The notes under the pieces were generated by a model that made no database searches, was not told where the DNA came from, and saw nothing but the letters and a program-made list of their open reading frames with translations. The position numbers and the translations under genes were made by a program. A DNA stretch of 64,000 bases from Massalongia carnosa (taxonomy: Eukaryota): assembly GCA_965645245.1 (NCBI GenBank), contig OZ287074.1, positions 1,798,001-1,862,000 on the forward strand, in the 5' to 3' direction. Of the stretch, positions 13,684 through 26,237 are shown piece by piece; the stretch's first letter is position 1, and each line of letters starts with the position of its first letter.

Positions 13684-13777
13684 TTCCTCTCCTCATCACC
13701 ACCCGGTCTCCATCTACAAGGAAAACATATGATTCCTCTCCTCATCACCACCCGGTCTCCATCTACGAGGAAAACAT
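13684..13777. repeat. 49-bp tandem duplication
   Basis: TTCCTCTCCTCATCACCACCCGGTCTCCATCTACRAGGAAAACAT occurs at 13684 and 13733 with one substitution. Confidence 0.9.
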
Positions 13778-14991
13778 GAAGATTTCCCCTGTCTGTCTGT
13801 CGATCTAACGTTCTTTTCTTTTCGGAACGCGATCACCCACGCGCGGCTTTTCTTGTTTGGTGAGTCGATGTCGTGTGGTTGGTTGGGTGGGGGGTTGATT
13901 CGATGGATATTTAAACGCTGACCCGATGCTAAAAGTTGAACGTTAAAGACTGAACGCTGAACCTAGGATCATCCGACACACACAAAGCTAACCGGCCAGC
14001 CAGCCAGCCAGCCAGCCAGATGTTCGGATTCCGGCCCCAACCGCATTCTTGGGTGGGTGGATGGATAGATGGATGGAGAAAGTGGATGATGACTTTTTGC
14101 GAGAAAAAAAAAAGGGGGGGCGATGTGGAATTTCATAAAAAGGCTTTCATAATTGAGGCTGCTGTTGAATACTGTAACGCCAATTTCGGAAATTGAAAAT
14201 TGAAGTGGGAGAATTTATTCTCAACCTGTTACATCATACCTGGGATTTAATTTTATGTTAACTTCTTCAACTTCACCCGCATCTTTTCGGTCCAGAAGCT
14301 GGACGAGAAAACAAAAAATTTCGGGGACGGAGCGACTGGCTGGCTGGCTGGCTGGCTGGTGGACTGTATGCAACAATGATTTGGGGGGGGGGGAGCCCAA
14401 TGATAAAAGATTGATTGATTGACAAGGCTCTCTCTTTTTTCTTTTTTTTTCTTTTCTCCCCTTCTTGGTTTTTTTTTTTTTTTTTTTTTTCCACATAGAA
14501 AAATAAAAAGGGGTTGAGGATCTATGTACTCCGTATGTAAGTAATTACGTGAGGGGGGGCGGAAGGAAAAATGATCTCGCTCGCTCGATTTTTTTTCTTA
14601 ACTGGTTGTTTTCCTTTCCGGCTTGAGATTCAAGAGAGAATGTACCCTACAAATTACGTGCCCCAATTCTCCTCCTCCTCCTCATCATCATCATCATCAT
14701 CATCATCATGGTGATAAAATAAACATCCCATCTCCAAGACCGAAAAAAAAAACGAGATAAAAGCCCGTTCATTACATAAAATTCCACTCTCCGAACCGAA
14801 CAATACCTTCCCCCCCTCCCTGAACGCCGATCGGTCGATTAATTATTACGCCTCGACCCCGGGGGAAAAAAAGAAAAGAAAAGGAATCGACCTGGTCTCC
14901 TTCCTCCTTGCTCCTTTTTAACCACACCATAACTAGCCGCTTTGCCGCGCGGTTCATACATAGCCTTTCCCAGCTTCTTCTTCTCCTTCGT

Positions 14992-17280
14992 TCACGACTC
15001 CTCCCCGTCTGACCTCGGTAGACCGTCTTCCCTTTTCCTCTTCATGCTCCTGGCCGGGTCGGTTCTTTCGGTTGACGGCTCCCTGATCTCATCCGATGGT
15101 TCCCTGATTTCGCTCAATGGCTCCCTGCTCTCGCCTGATGGCCTCCTGGTTCTGTCCAATGGCTCTCTTATTACACCCAGCGGCTCCCTCGTCCTGTCCG
15201 ATGGTTCTCTGATTTCGCCTAATGGCCTTCTGATTCCGCCCAACAGCTCTCTTGTCTCACCTAACGGTTTCCTCCTCCTACCTAGCGGATCCTTTATTCC
15301 ACCCAAGGGCTTCCTCGTTTGGCTCAAATCCCCCATCCCACTCCCCTTCCCCTTTACTTCGGTTTTCTCCCTCAGCCACTCTCTTCTTCCCTTCCGCTCG
15401 GCTTCCTCCTCCGCCTTCTTCCTTCCAAACCTTTCCGCTTCCAGCTCTATCTTCAAATGTGCAACCTGACCCCTCAGGCCCACAATCTCCCCCTGCAACT
15501 TCCAGCTGTCCTGTGTCATTTGTCGCTCCCATGCCGTCGCCCCTGCGCTGGTCCACTCTTTGCCAAGAAGCCGTTTTTCCGGCACGCTCTGCACCAGCGG
15601 ACCGCGTTCGATCCGCCGCACGGCTTCCGCGCCCGGATGTAGATCGAAGCCTGGGATCACGAAGATAGTTTCGTGGCCCTGAATGCGGTACAAGCGGGAA
15701 GCGCATTCAATCCACGTTACCACGTTCTTCTCTCCAGCACTCTCGCTGTCCTCCAACACTGTAAAGTTACCTACCCCACGATTCACCGTCGCAGAGAAGC
15801 AATCCCGTGGCTCGTCGGCATTCTCGCTTGCCCGGGCAGAAAGCTCCTCGTTCAGCCTCGTCCATAGGCCATCGCTGAGGCTGGACAGCACGTACCGATC
15901 CTGCGGCAGCACGAGCTCCCTGCCAGAGCTGGGCACGCCATTCTGGTCCCGCTCCTGTCGTGCACGCACAAGCGGGATCAGGGATTCATGGGCTAGCACC
16001 TCACGCAGGGAGGCAGTTTCAGCTTCGAGGGCGGAAAGCCGCTGTGTGAGATTACGTGTGTGAGTAAGCCATTGGGCGAAGATAGCGGGCTGGCCGAAGT
16101 GCGGTGCGTTGCGGTGGTATCCTGGGGCTGAATTGCTATTGTTCTCCTTGTCGGAGAGGGGATGAATCGGGTCCGGGATTCCAAGGATGCCCCCGTCGGA
16201 GCTGTAAAGGAAGTCAAGGCGCGTGAGCAGGATGTTGGTTGTGACAAGAAGCTCATCTCTAGACAGGTTTTCTGGGAGGACGAGATCTGGACGAGGGATC
16301 TGGTTGTTGAGGCTTGGGAGAGGTCTTAAATGGAAATCTGGAATTTCCTTGGATCCCTTCACCTCGTACGGCTTTTCAAGATCATCGAGAAAGCTGAAAG
16401 AGGGGGGAAAGGGAGCTGCTGAGATCATATTGGGCCAGGATGTGGATTCACCTGATTGCATGTAACGTAGAAGGAGACAGAGTGCTTGAACGTGCTGCTT
16501 GAGCTGAACGATAGTGGGTCCTTTCACATTACTGTTGTGGCTGAGATAGGAGCAATTAAGGTACTTGAAGTGCTCCTCAAAAGGTTGTGGGAGAACTCTA
16601 CGTTTTAGCAAAGATCCTAACCCCTTGGACTGGTAGGCGTGGGCATACGGGTTTGCGGGAATACGGAAAAGGCGGTCATCGGATCGTGGTGGGACTGGAG
16701 GCGGTGGCATGGGGTTTCGGGCATTGGAAAGGTTAGGCTCTTCGGTACGTGGCTGATCGATATTGATTTGACCGATGCTAGGTTGGGGGATGCCGGATTG
16801 GTTGCTGGGCTGGGTGTAGTCGGGTTCAGCGGTTGCGGATTGGGCGGGCTGGGTAATGGCCGGTAGCCTGGCGATGGGATCATTGATGGGTTGGTTGTTG
16901 CTAGACTTATTGATAATAGGTTGCTCTTCGGCAGCATAATTATCTGAGTTGACAATGTCTTCATCAGTCAAGATGGCATCGGAATCCATCAATATTCTCA
17001 CTTGAGCGGGTAGAGTGGTTTCAGGCAAGGGATGCTTGATTTTGTTATAATTTTGGATATGATCTTCTTTGGCATTATCGTCTTCGTCATCAATACCTTT
17101 GTCGTCCGTGTCCTCGTTCTCACCGTCATCGTTAGAAAGCTCTTCGTCAGAAGAGTCAGGGGAACGATCAGGATTTTCCACATCGTCGGCAAAAACACTG
17201 TGATCGCCAGAGCTAGTTGAGCCCTGCTCCCCGACAGACCATTGGGAGGGACTGCCCCGGTCGGTAGTATTCTCTGACAT
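14992..17280 (-). CDS. Hypothetical protein: acidic/disordered N-terminus, central conserved block, coiled coil, C-terminal heptad repeats
   Basis: The ORF is 794 codons long, with the likely ATG at 17280 (MSENTTD; the track starts at 17376). Predicted coiled coils are RLSALEAETASLRE and LQGEIVGLRGQVAHLKIEL. Confidence 0.75.
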   Translation of the reverse strand: MSENTTDRGSPSQWSVGEQGSTSSGDHSVFADDVENPDRSPDSSDEELSNDDGENEDTDDKGIDDEDDNAKEDHIQNYNKIKHPLPETTLPAQVRILMDSDAILTDEDIVNSDNYAAEEQPIINKSSNNQPINDPIARLPAITQPAQSATAEPDYTQPSNQSGIPQPSIGQINIDQPRTEEPNLSNARNPMPPPPVPPRSDDRLFRIPANPYAHAYQSKGLGSLLKRRVLPQPFEEHFKYLNCSYLSHNSNVKGPTIVQLKQHVQALCLLLRYMQSGESTSWPNMISAAPFPPSFSFLDDLEKPYEVKGSKEIPDFHLRPLPSLNNQIPRPDLVLPENLSRDELLVTTNILLTRLDFLYSSDGGILGIPDPIHPLSDKENNSNSAPGYHRNAPHFGQPAIFAQWLTHTRNLTQRLSALEAETASLREVLAHESLIPLVRARQERDQNGVPSSGRELVLPQDRYVLSSLSDGLWTRLNEELSARASENADEPRDCFSATVNRGVGNFTVLEDSESAGEKNVVTWIECASRLYRIQGHETIFVIPGFDLHPGAEAVRRIERGPLVQSVPEKRLLGKEWTSAGATAWERQMTQDSWKLQGEIVGLRGQVAHLKIELEAERFGRKKAEEEAERKGRREWLREKTEVKGKGSGMGDLSQTRKPLGGIKDPLGRRRKPLGETRELLGGIRRPLGEIREPSDRTREPLGVIREPLDRTRRPSGESREPLSEIREPSDEIREPSTERTDPARSMKRKREDGLPRSDGEES
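15064..15315 (-). repeat. Coding minisatellite, 12 x 21 nt, encoding R[KER]P[LS]xx[ITR] heptads
   Basis: RKPLGGI KDPLGRR RKPLGET RELLGGI RRPLGEI REPSDRT REPLGVI REPLDRT RRPSGES REPLSEI REPSDEI REPSTER. Confidence 0.9.
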
Positions 17281-17727
17281 TTTTAAGATGTAGAAGCCGT
17301 TGTTATAGCGCACTAGCCTGACGTTTGAAAAATCTACGCAATGATCACAGAAATTGATAGCTTCATGAGATGGCATAGATAAAATCGCAATAGTACTACT
17401 TGTTGTTTAAAAAATGCATTCGGCCATATTCTTTGATGGTGGAAAGAATTTTGGAAACACCGCAAACAGCCCTGGAATGCAAACGCATCCAACAAAGCCT
17501 ACAGAAAATCACCCTTTAGAAAATTCTACTGCACATAGCTGGAAGGTAAAACCTTAAAATAAAATGCATCAGCTGCCCACTCTACCTAGAAAACCGTAAA
17601 GTAAAGATGAGCCATGTTCATAAAAAGGGTCCAAAGACCGATTCGCGAGCGTGAGAAGCATGAATGGCTTGAAATCGGAGCGTCCTTGGAGACGGCGAGG
17701 TTGCAATCAAAAGTTTTTGCACTCCGT

Positions 17728-19220
17728 CTACTCTGTAATGCTCGACCAGCCTTCCTTTAGTCGAATAATCAGCATGATTTCAGTATTCTTCTTCTGAATA
17801 TCTATTCCAGGAGATTTTGGGTTCATGAAAATTCGCCTTTCAACTAAAGGAGTTCGTCTAGTTTCATCCTCATGAACCTCAAAGCTTGGTTCAGTCAGCA
17901 CAACTTTGCTATCACGCTTGACTTTTTTAGCTGTAGAAACTATTGAAGTCTTCGCGGTCACAGAAGTTGAATAATGAGCTTCACTCATACTGATAGGCGG
18001 ATCTAAATGCTTCAGTTCTTTACGGAGTTGGACCACTGAATTAGAAGATACATCCTGGCTGCTACATAAATTGGTAATACCTTCCAGATTCGTCTCATCC
18101 TTAGTGAAAAGCAAATCCTCGAGCTCTTCCTCGTTCATCATTGAGGTTACATCTGGTAATTCTCCCACTTGACCTTTGAGCGACATGATTATATTGTGAC
18201 TTCAGCCATCGAATTGGACTTCCGGCATAGATTTTTTAGGCGTCTCTTGACCAGGGGTTGAAGCTGGCGGAGTATCTGGTTTATTAGCCGCAATGTCTAT
18301 TGTACTTTCATTAATATGTTTGCCACCTTTCACCTTTGTACACTTTCTATTGATAAACCTAGTCGATTTAGGGTTCACAACGCTGTCTTTTCGATGCTGC
18401 CAGTACTGCGAACTGCTTTTGTACCTAAAAACCTCGGGGCCTTCAAAATGTAGAACCTGCCAGTTTCTCTTGTCAACCGGCTCGGGCTCGGATGCAAAAT
18501 AACCCTCAGTCTGTCGACGTGATTGCTCATACTGCGATGTCAAGGCTTTTAACCCTCCGAACCGCTCGAAATTATCTTCCACAAGAAACTCTTTCTGCAC
18601 AAGGATTTAACAACGTGAGGCCATTGAAGCGGTAAGGTTTGTCCTTCGAGTGGAGCACTCTTTTGTAAAATATAAACCCGACGATTATAAGAATCGAGTT
18701 CTTTCTAGTCTACGAAGGTCAGCTTTATAAATGAATTGTCAAAACCTTTGTCTTTTGTAGGCGTAGAGCTTTGGTTTGGATGGAGTATTAATCTCTTCGG
18801 TAACCAGGTCGATTGCTTCGGTCTGGATGACAGTATATCATCAATCGGATGATACTTCATGTCATAATTTATTCTTCCCTTTTCTTTAGCGCTAGCACGT
18901 GTTAGATGACCGCTACTAGATTCCATGACTTGATGATTCGAAGAGTGAGTCCTCTTTCGTTCCAACCTAGGCTTCGGGTTGAGGCTAAGGCGATCATGCT
19001 CGGAGTCGTCGGTAAGCGTTACTTCAGTCTTGAATGAAGAGCTACTGAGGCGCTGTTGTCGTGCCCTCGCTGTGGGAATAGCATTTGGACGTAAGACATC
19101 ATCCATTGGATGGTACTTCATATCATAGCTTTTTGTATTTGGAAATTTCGCGTTTCCTCGAATCGAACGTTTGTAAGGACTAGGACCTTTCTTGTAAGGT
19201 CTAGAATCGGTATTGAACTC
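17728..19220 (-). pseudogene. Disrupted hypothetical gene with a duplicated YDMKYHP[MI]DD[VI]L motif
   Basis: ORF pieces 18705-19121, 18202-18600 and 17728-18186 join through in-frame stops (TAG 18705-07, TGA 18202-04) and one frameshift at about 18607. A further in-frame TGA lies at 19221-23. The 5' extent is uncertain. Confidence 0.65.
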
Positions 19221-19962
19221 TCATTGGGGCAAGAGTACCTCCTACACAATATGATATACAAGTTTCGGACATGTGTACCTTTTCAGGATGTACAAAGGGT
19301 AATAAGAGAATGATAACAATTCTGAGCTTCCGCCCCCATCGCTTGGCTGATAATGATAGGTAGTACACCAGTACTTTAGCACGCTATTGCCAATTGATAT
19401 GTAGGCTTTAGAAACGAAAGAGCCTGGTAGATAGACTTGGCTAAGTAAAGTACGAAGGTACGTAGATGTGTGGGATGAGGAATAGGGCAAGCTGAGTTCA
19501 AGTAGGCTTCTCCACTCCTACTTTTCACTCCTCTACAACTTGAGTGGACTCTAGGCCTTCCTATTAACTCAGTAAAGACTTCTGTTTGAAATATTTGTAT
19601 CTTTGATAGGCCTTGATATGAGCATCTCGCGCGTGGATAGAGCCACTAAACAGTTCCTTGCCCAATGCCACTCCAATAAATTTGTGAGGGGAGAGTTGCT
19701 GAAGGTTTAGAGGTTATCTTGGGAAAGAGTTTTAAGAGATTTCGAGGTACTTTAAAAGATAAACTGTGTGATTCGTTTATGCAACGAAAGATCACTGGCC
19801 ATCCCTAGCTGAAGGAAGTACAAGCTGGACCTAGTCTCGCGAAAATAGGTAAATGAAACCTCTGACCCACTGAATTTACATTGAATACAACCTCAGTCTG
19901 TCTTCGATTAATGTGAACTCACAAGTAGGGCCGCTTTGATTCACCAATGGCTCCAAATCAGC

Positions 19963-22900
19963 TCAGACAGTGCTGCCTCCGCCATAATCATTAGAAGAAT
20001 TGGTGATGCTGCTTTTGCTTCCAGTTCGTGCCTCCGCTTCGCTCGGTACCGGGCTTGGAGACGCTTCTCTCAGTGTCCAGCTGGGAGGTAAGCCTAAAGC
20101 TGGGATGCTACTTTCTATGAACGGTGTGTTTGGACCGGGTGAGGATGATTTACTCAGAACCTCGTTATAGAAATGATCTAGCTTTGCCGCATCTTGACAG
20201 AATGTCTCCAATTCTTCGGAAATATCCTCGGGGGTTGCAAACGCAGTCGTCTTGCTGGCACGCGCGAATCCGGTAGACGGAGTTGGCATGCCTTGGGTGG
20301 CTCCGAGGGACGGAGAAGCGTAAGGTGAAGAGCGCGGAGAGCCCCGATGATTGTCGCTACGGGCTGCGCTAAACGCGGTAGGTCTTCCGGCATCCATGTT
20401 ATCTGATCTGGCGGGTTCTTGGCTCTTTGCGCTACGGTTGTTGTAAAGCCGGTTAGCAAGGAGTAGAAAATCACCATCATCCGTGATTTGCGCGAGCAGG
20501 ACTCCAGATCGATGTATATACTGTTGATACCTATAATCGAGTTTGCCCCAAGAGTACGAGACGTCGACGTCAGGAGGAAAGTCGCTCGCAGCTTCAAAGT
20601 CTAATACGAAGTTGAATCTCTTCATAATGACCTTCTGATAGAACTGTTTATCTGCTTTATCTTGTGCGGCGAACGAATTGGCGTCGAAATATCTTTGAGG
20701 CTGTTTTCTTGGAGGGTACTGAGCCAACTTGATGAGGTATGGGGCTCGAAAAGGATGCGTTTTGGAGATGGCGGATGCTTCGCTGAGTGGGACCTCCACC
20801 AGACGCAAGCCGAACCTATCCATAGAGGTAGCCCATGAGACTACGGCATCTTCGATGAGTTTTGCAGTTACATTCATCCACTCGATTCGAATGTGGTAAC
20901 AGTTGTCTGGGTTGTGTAGTCGGTCATAATGGAGATTGATCACCTCTGGCCGATGCGATCGCTTGCGATGATCTACATCGTACAAAAGTGATTTGCTAAG
21001 TGTAACGCCTAGACGTCGTTTGCTATCGGTGGGCGTGGAAGTTCCGCCATTGCTCGAGTCGTTCCCGTTCGAGCTCGACCGCGAATGTGATTTTCTGGGA
21101 GAATCCCCACCAACACCTTCAGAAATTGGTGTTGATGGGACAGATTTATCTACTTTTCGACTACCAAACCAATTGCGGCTGAGTTCTGCACGTGGAGCTC
21201 GATACTCGCTGGCTATCTGATAGAAGAAGTTGCCGTCGCGGAAATTGTGTCTTTGCTCGACATGCTGGAAAAGCCCGCGGTTCATTAAATCATTGCCAAC
21301 GTCGACAGCTTCTTCTCGAGTTTCGACGTCCCTAAAATTTTGTAATAGCCAAGTAGTCAACTCTAAGCCAATAAAGCAGTTGTAATGCAACCTCCAGTGC
21401 CACCGTCTGTCCATCATGCGTACGCCCCTTTCACTCTGGATTCCTTGAGCAAGGGATGAGAGGTTCAGATTAGATCGCTGATATAAATCTGACCCTGGTA
21501 AGAGCAGTATAGCTCTCCCCGTCGAATCGTTCTCTCCTATGCTATCCAGTTCTGCTGCCACAATAGCAGATGGATTCAGTGTTCGATACATGATATCTAA
21601 CGGATTGGTGTCCTTTCGCTTGCGCGTTGTGGTTTGGAAGCGACGTTCGTTTGGAGGAACGTACCGGAAACGCTGCCATATTTGGGTTAATTTACGTATA
21701 CCCTCTAACCTAATTTCCTCTTCGTCATCTTCGTTGACCGGCTGCAATGAGCGACGGCCGCTTGAGGGCGGGTCTACTGGGATAAGAACAAATCGGGCCC
21801 GCCAAGGCTGAAGATTGTCGGCGAAGTGGTTAGCTTGGGGCTTCTCGTGGCCGGCAAGGAAAGAATCAACTCGCTCCCAATCAGCTTCTTCGCGGTTTGG
21901 AAAGATATCAATGTCTTGAGATGTATAGTCCTCAGCGAGCATAGTTCGAATTGCAGGTTTGTAGAGTTTAAAGGCGTCTTGGGTGACAGAAGAAAGGGCA
22001 CGACGGGTCATGCTCCTGACTTCGATTCCAGTCCCATCAATAAGTGTTAACTGATGGATTACACTTCCCCGTGACATGAACAAAGTGCTACCACTCTTGG
22101 AAGAAAAGTTGCTCTCAAATAAGTCAACCGTTGGAACTGACCCAAATGACTTTATAAGTCTTGATCCAATGACAATTTGAAACCCATGCGAAAAGCGAAA
22201 GGCCATCATCTCTCTTAGCAGCCAATCTTGAGACTGCGAATTTTTCTGGAGATTAGTATCTTCCCGCGGAGCAACACAATACTTCCCCTCCTCGTATTCA
22301 TCGGCTAATTGGTCAGAGGACGGATAATCCTCTGTAGTAAGAGGTACAGCTGCTGGTGAACAAAGCGATTTCCATTTGATCTTTGAGTTCCGTTGAGGTC
22401 GCGGAAAGACATGCTGCCAACGTCCAAGTCGACTAGCTATGGTGGCATCCATCTTGTGAGGATTCGATGGGTTAAGTATTGTCAGCCAAGGAGCCATTGA
22501 ACTGCCCGGGGAAAGATTACTAGGAAATTCATATGCATCAATAATGGCTTTCAGCCTTGAAGGATTTCCTGCGAAATCGCCATTTTTTGATGCGATACGA
22601 GTATCCTTACCATCATCCTTCCCCAACTCTGACGTATCAAAAATCGTTCCTTCCTTGGGGGTACGCACAGCCGTTAAGTTTCTGATCGGTATTGGTCTTG
22701 GAGACTTCTGGAACGGGGCGACGAACTCGTCCCGTACATCATCCTGATTAGCGCTAAGACCCCCGGAGATGGAAACTTTTGCCATTTGGGAAGGTGCTGA
22801 ACCGGCGGGTACCGATGTTGTACCACTTCTAAGCCTGCTTGGTCGAATGCCACGACCCAATAAGGCCGCCGAACTTGCGTGTTCGGCAGAAAGCTCGGTG

Positions 22901-25581
22901 CTCGGAATGGCCTTAAGTGTCCCAGTACTGAATCCACGAGGTCCAAAGCTGATCTGGCGTGAGAGCCCCGCAGGCTTCTTTAATGAGGTGTTGCTACTGG
23001 ATGCGATACTAGCAATACTTCCTCTCTTGTAAGAATTTATTTGGGTCGAAATTCTGCCCTTTGGAGTCTTCTCTGTCACTGTCTTCCCTTCCAGCCCAAA
23101 TCTACTGTCGGCCGATGAGCTCTGTGCGCTAAGTGAAGACCCAAAATTGAATGGACTATAATCTCGACGCCTCCGGGTCCGTGGTATATTGCTCAATGGT
23201 CTTTGTGCCCGACAGAGATGATCATCTTCTATTGACGGTCTCCGGCCTAGACGATGGAAGATCGTCTCATCATACTCATCCATCCACTGAGAATTATGCA
23301 AACCATGATCATGTGTCATGGCATCCACAGACGCTGTAGAAACGGAGCTAAAAAATTCATAACTTATATGTTTTCCATTTTGGGGCTCAGTCCGCGTAGT
23401 GCCATAGGTGCTTGGTCGCTGGCCAAGTGTCTGCAACTCTCTTGGATCCTTCGATGCTTCGTGACCCTTGGAGGCGATTCTGATATATTTTGATAGATAG
23501 GGTATTGAGATTTCGCTCATTGCATCTTCCATTACGCCCATCATTTGAAGCTCATACATTCTTACTCGAGGGACAAAGGCCTTCCGATGAGGTTTAACAG
23601 AATTAGCCTTTTTCACTTGCTTGCCTAGAATTGCAGCTTGAGTCCGGTGCTCGTCTGTCGATGAGGTCCAGAAAGAGACATCAATCCAGTGTGGAATCCC
23701 ATACCTCCATTTTCCGAATTTTTCCGAAGCAAGATGAGTACGTGATGCTATACCAGAAAAACTCAGCGGAGATGTGGAACCCATGCTTGTTCCACTAGTA
23801 TAGGCCTGTGTGGACGCCTCGTGGCGTACTGACTCGTTGCTCTCGTGTAAACTCTCTCCGGCTTCTCGCATTTGTGGTTCTTGTTGCCAATATTTGAACA
23901 AAGGGACTGAATGTAAGGGCATTCGGGCCAAGCACACCAAATCAATGCCAACACCATTTTCGATCAGATTATCAGTCGTTTTCACAAGCCTAGGTTTAAA
24001 GTTTTAGCGAGATCGTTCTTACTTTACGCCAATTCTGCACTTACAACTTATAGTCAACTTCGAAGAGCCCGGTTCCTGCAGTTATAACTGCAATTGAAAC
24101 TCCAGTTCGGATGAGGTCACGGTCTATGTAGTCACACGAGAATTGCGAGGAGGCAAGATTGATTGCTTCTAGTATGTTTCCTCGAATTGCAGCCGATGGG
24201 TGGCCAGCTATGATATGACTGGGTGAATCTGTCGACATCGCGGCTAAGCCTGTCCCAAGAGATAAACAATGCCTGGTAGTGGGTTTGCGAACTGACACAT
24301 CTCTTAGAAAGACCTTGAACTCAGCTTTAAGCTGACTGAGAATTCTCGCCCATCTTTCGCTGGCTATATCGCTGACCACAACCCGATAGAAATCTTTGTA
24401 TGAAGAATTATCCTCCATCTCAGGATGAACAAAGCCCGCTGTAAGACCCCTCTGGTAATCCAGCCTCGTAAAAAGAACGATGCTGACCAGGTGTTTGACT
24501 CCCAGCTGCGCCCAGCGTTTAAAGAGCTCGGGTAGGAATCCATTAATAACTTTGCTGAACATGATCTCTCCAGTGCCATCTGCATCAAAGTCCCACATTT
24601 CTTTTGACATTTGAATGAAAAGTGCATAGCGTGCAGACTCACTTCGAAAGATGGGCTTTGTGGAAGCATCGAAAAAAGCAGACTGGACCTTTTCACCCTT
24701 GACAAATATCGCCTTGACAAGGGCTTTTATAGTCCCCATGAACCAAATCCTTTGATTCTTGAAAATTGGTTTGTTCGCCAAAGTTGCAACAACTAGACGC
24801 CACATGTCTGCCCTTGTTAAATACTCGTCTCGAAAGGTGATTTCAACATAAGATGCATGTTTCACTGGCTCCTCCACCTAGTTGAGGTAATTAACCTTAG
24901 CTGATATTATGGAGTCTCATGGCTGTGGCTTGAGACTTACAGCGGAGAGCATGATTGCACTGCGATCCACAAAGCCAAAGCGGTCAGCAATTTGCCTTGA
25001 GACAGAAACCTAAATGGCGTGCACTTTAGAAAACCCATGGGCACGCATTGAAGTTCATGACCAACCTGCAAACTTGGCTGCTTAATATTCTGATCGGGAG
25101 ACGTCCCTTTTACAATGAAGACATGACGCTTACTTAGGTCAGACTTCAATTCATTAAATTGTGGGAATTCTTGAATTCTATAGTTCTGCCTATCATTGGA
25201 ATTGTCTCTTTTCCTTGCTTGGTCACTTGAGGGGACTGGAGTCCTGCTGTTCCTGACAGTGTCCTTATTAAGCTCACTGACAGATGTGATCTGCAACAGG
25301 TCGCCAACATGGATACTATCTGTGGGAAACTGGTTAAGATTAAGAACCACATCGTCGGTGGAGAAGGATTCATCATGAATCCATAAAGTGCACAACCGCC
25401 TTGTTGAAGCGCTGGGATTCTTTCCCGATCCCACAAATCCAGGGGTGCTTCCTGTATCTTCGGCCTCCAAACGTAGCGATTCGTATGGAACAGCCGTATC
25501 ACCACCTAAGCTTACTTTGCGGAACCGAGAGCTTCGGAACGGTGACTCTCGTGATGATGCTAATGCTCTTGGATTAGACAT
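19963..25581 (-). CDS. IML1: Vacuolar membrane-associated protein Iml1 (SEACIT/GATOR1 subunit, DEPDC5 orthologue)
   Basis: Exons 25581-25066, 25009-24941, 24877-24045 and 23989-19963 all have GT-AG introns that keep the frame. Motifs: FRSESARY..FIQMSKEMWDF, GNILEAINLA, GIDLVCL..MPLH.VPLF, KWKSLCSPA.VPLTT, and a DEP domain (DRRWHWRLHYNCFIG...FRDGNFFY). Confidence 0.95.
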
Positions 25582-25960
25582 ACACTTTGCCAGGCCTAGG
25601 GGCAGGTACAATCGGGAGTTTTCGATAATAACTCCGTTAAGGCAAGCAGATTACTCCGTTAGAAGCTTGCCATAAACACATATAATATGGGAGGATGCTT
25701 TGGCTCAAGCACATGTCTTAGTATTGCTAAGCGAGTTTGCGTCTGTAGCACAAGCCAGGAGTAAACATTATCTGTAAGCCTTTAATGGAGATGAGTGTCG
25801 TTGTTCATGATGACCGAACTATGTTTCGGTTAATATTGGCGTGATATTCTTGGAGTAGCCTTTTTCACGTCTGATTGAAACCATCGACTGAGGATGATAA
25901 TCGTCGGCTCGCTTACCTCCGGGATCCGACTTGAAAAAATGTCGACTGCATTTTAGTCGG

Positions 25961-26068
25961 GGAAAGCGGTTGCATCCCGGAAAGCGGTTGCATCCCGGAA
26001 AGCGGTTGCATCCCGGAAAGCGGTTGCATCCCGGAAAGCGGTTGCATCCCGGAAAGCGGTTGCATCCT
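25961..26068 (+). repeat. 6 x 18-bp tandem repeat (GGAAAGCGGTTGCATCCC) inside the left TIR
   Basis: Six consecutive copies on the left. The right TIR has only two inverted copies, at about 28424-28459. Confidence 0.95.
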
Positions 26069-26237
26069 CCCAAATTCAAATTTCTTCATCTTTTTGATCA
26101 TTGACCAACAACCACATTGATTAAAAATCAGCCGATACCGTACATAGCTTGAAAATCATTTCTCCGACCCAACTGATTATCAATTCAAATCCTTTCCTTT
26201 CGAATCAATCCCCCGAACCAATCTCCCCTTTCGAATC

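Noticed and set aside
25961..26068. 18-bp array as a CRISPR array, or the ORFs GCNRFP/MQPLSG as proteins
   Set aside because: The units are contiguous with no spacers, lie inside a transposon TIR in a eukaryote, and the ORFs are by-products of the repeat.
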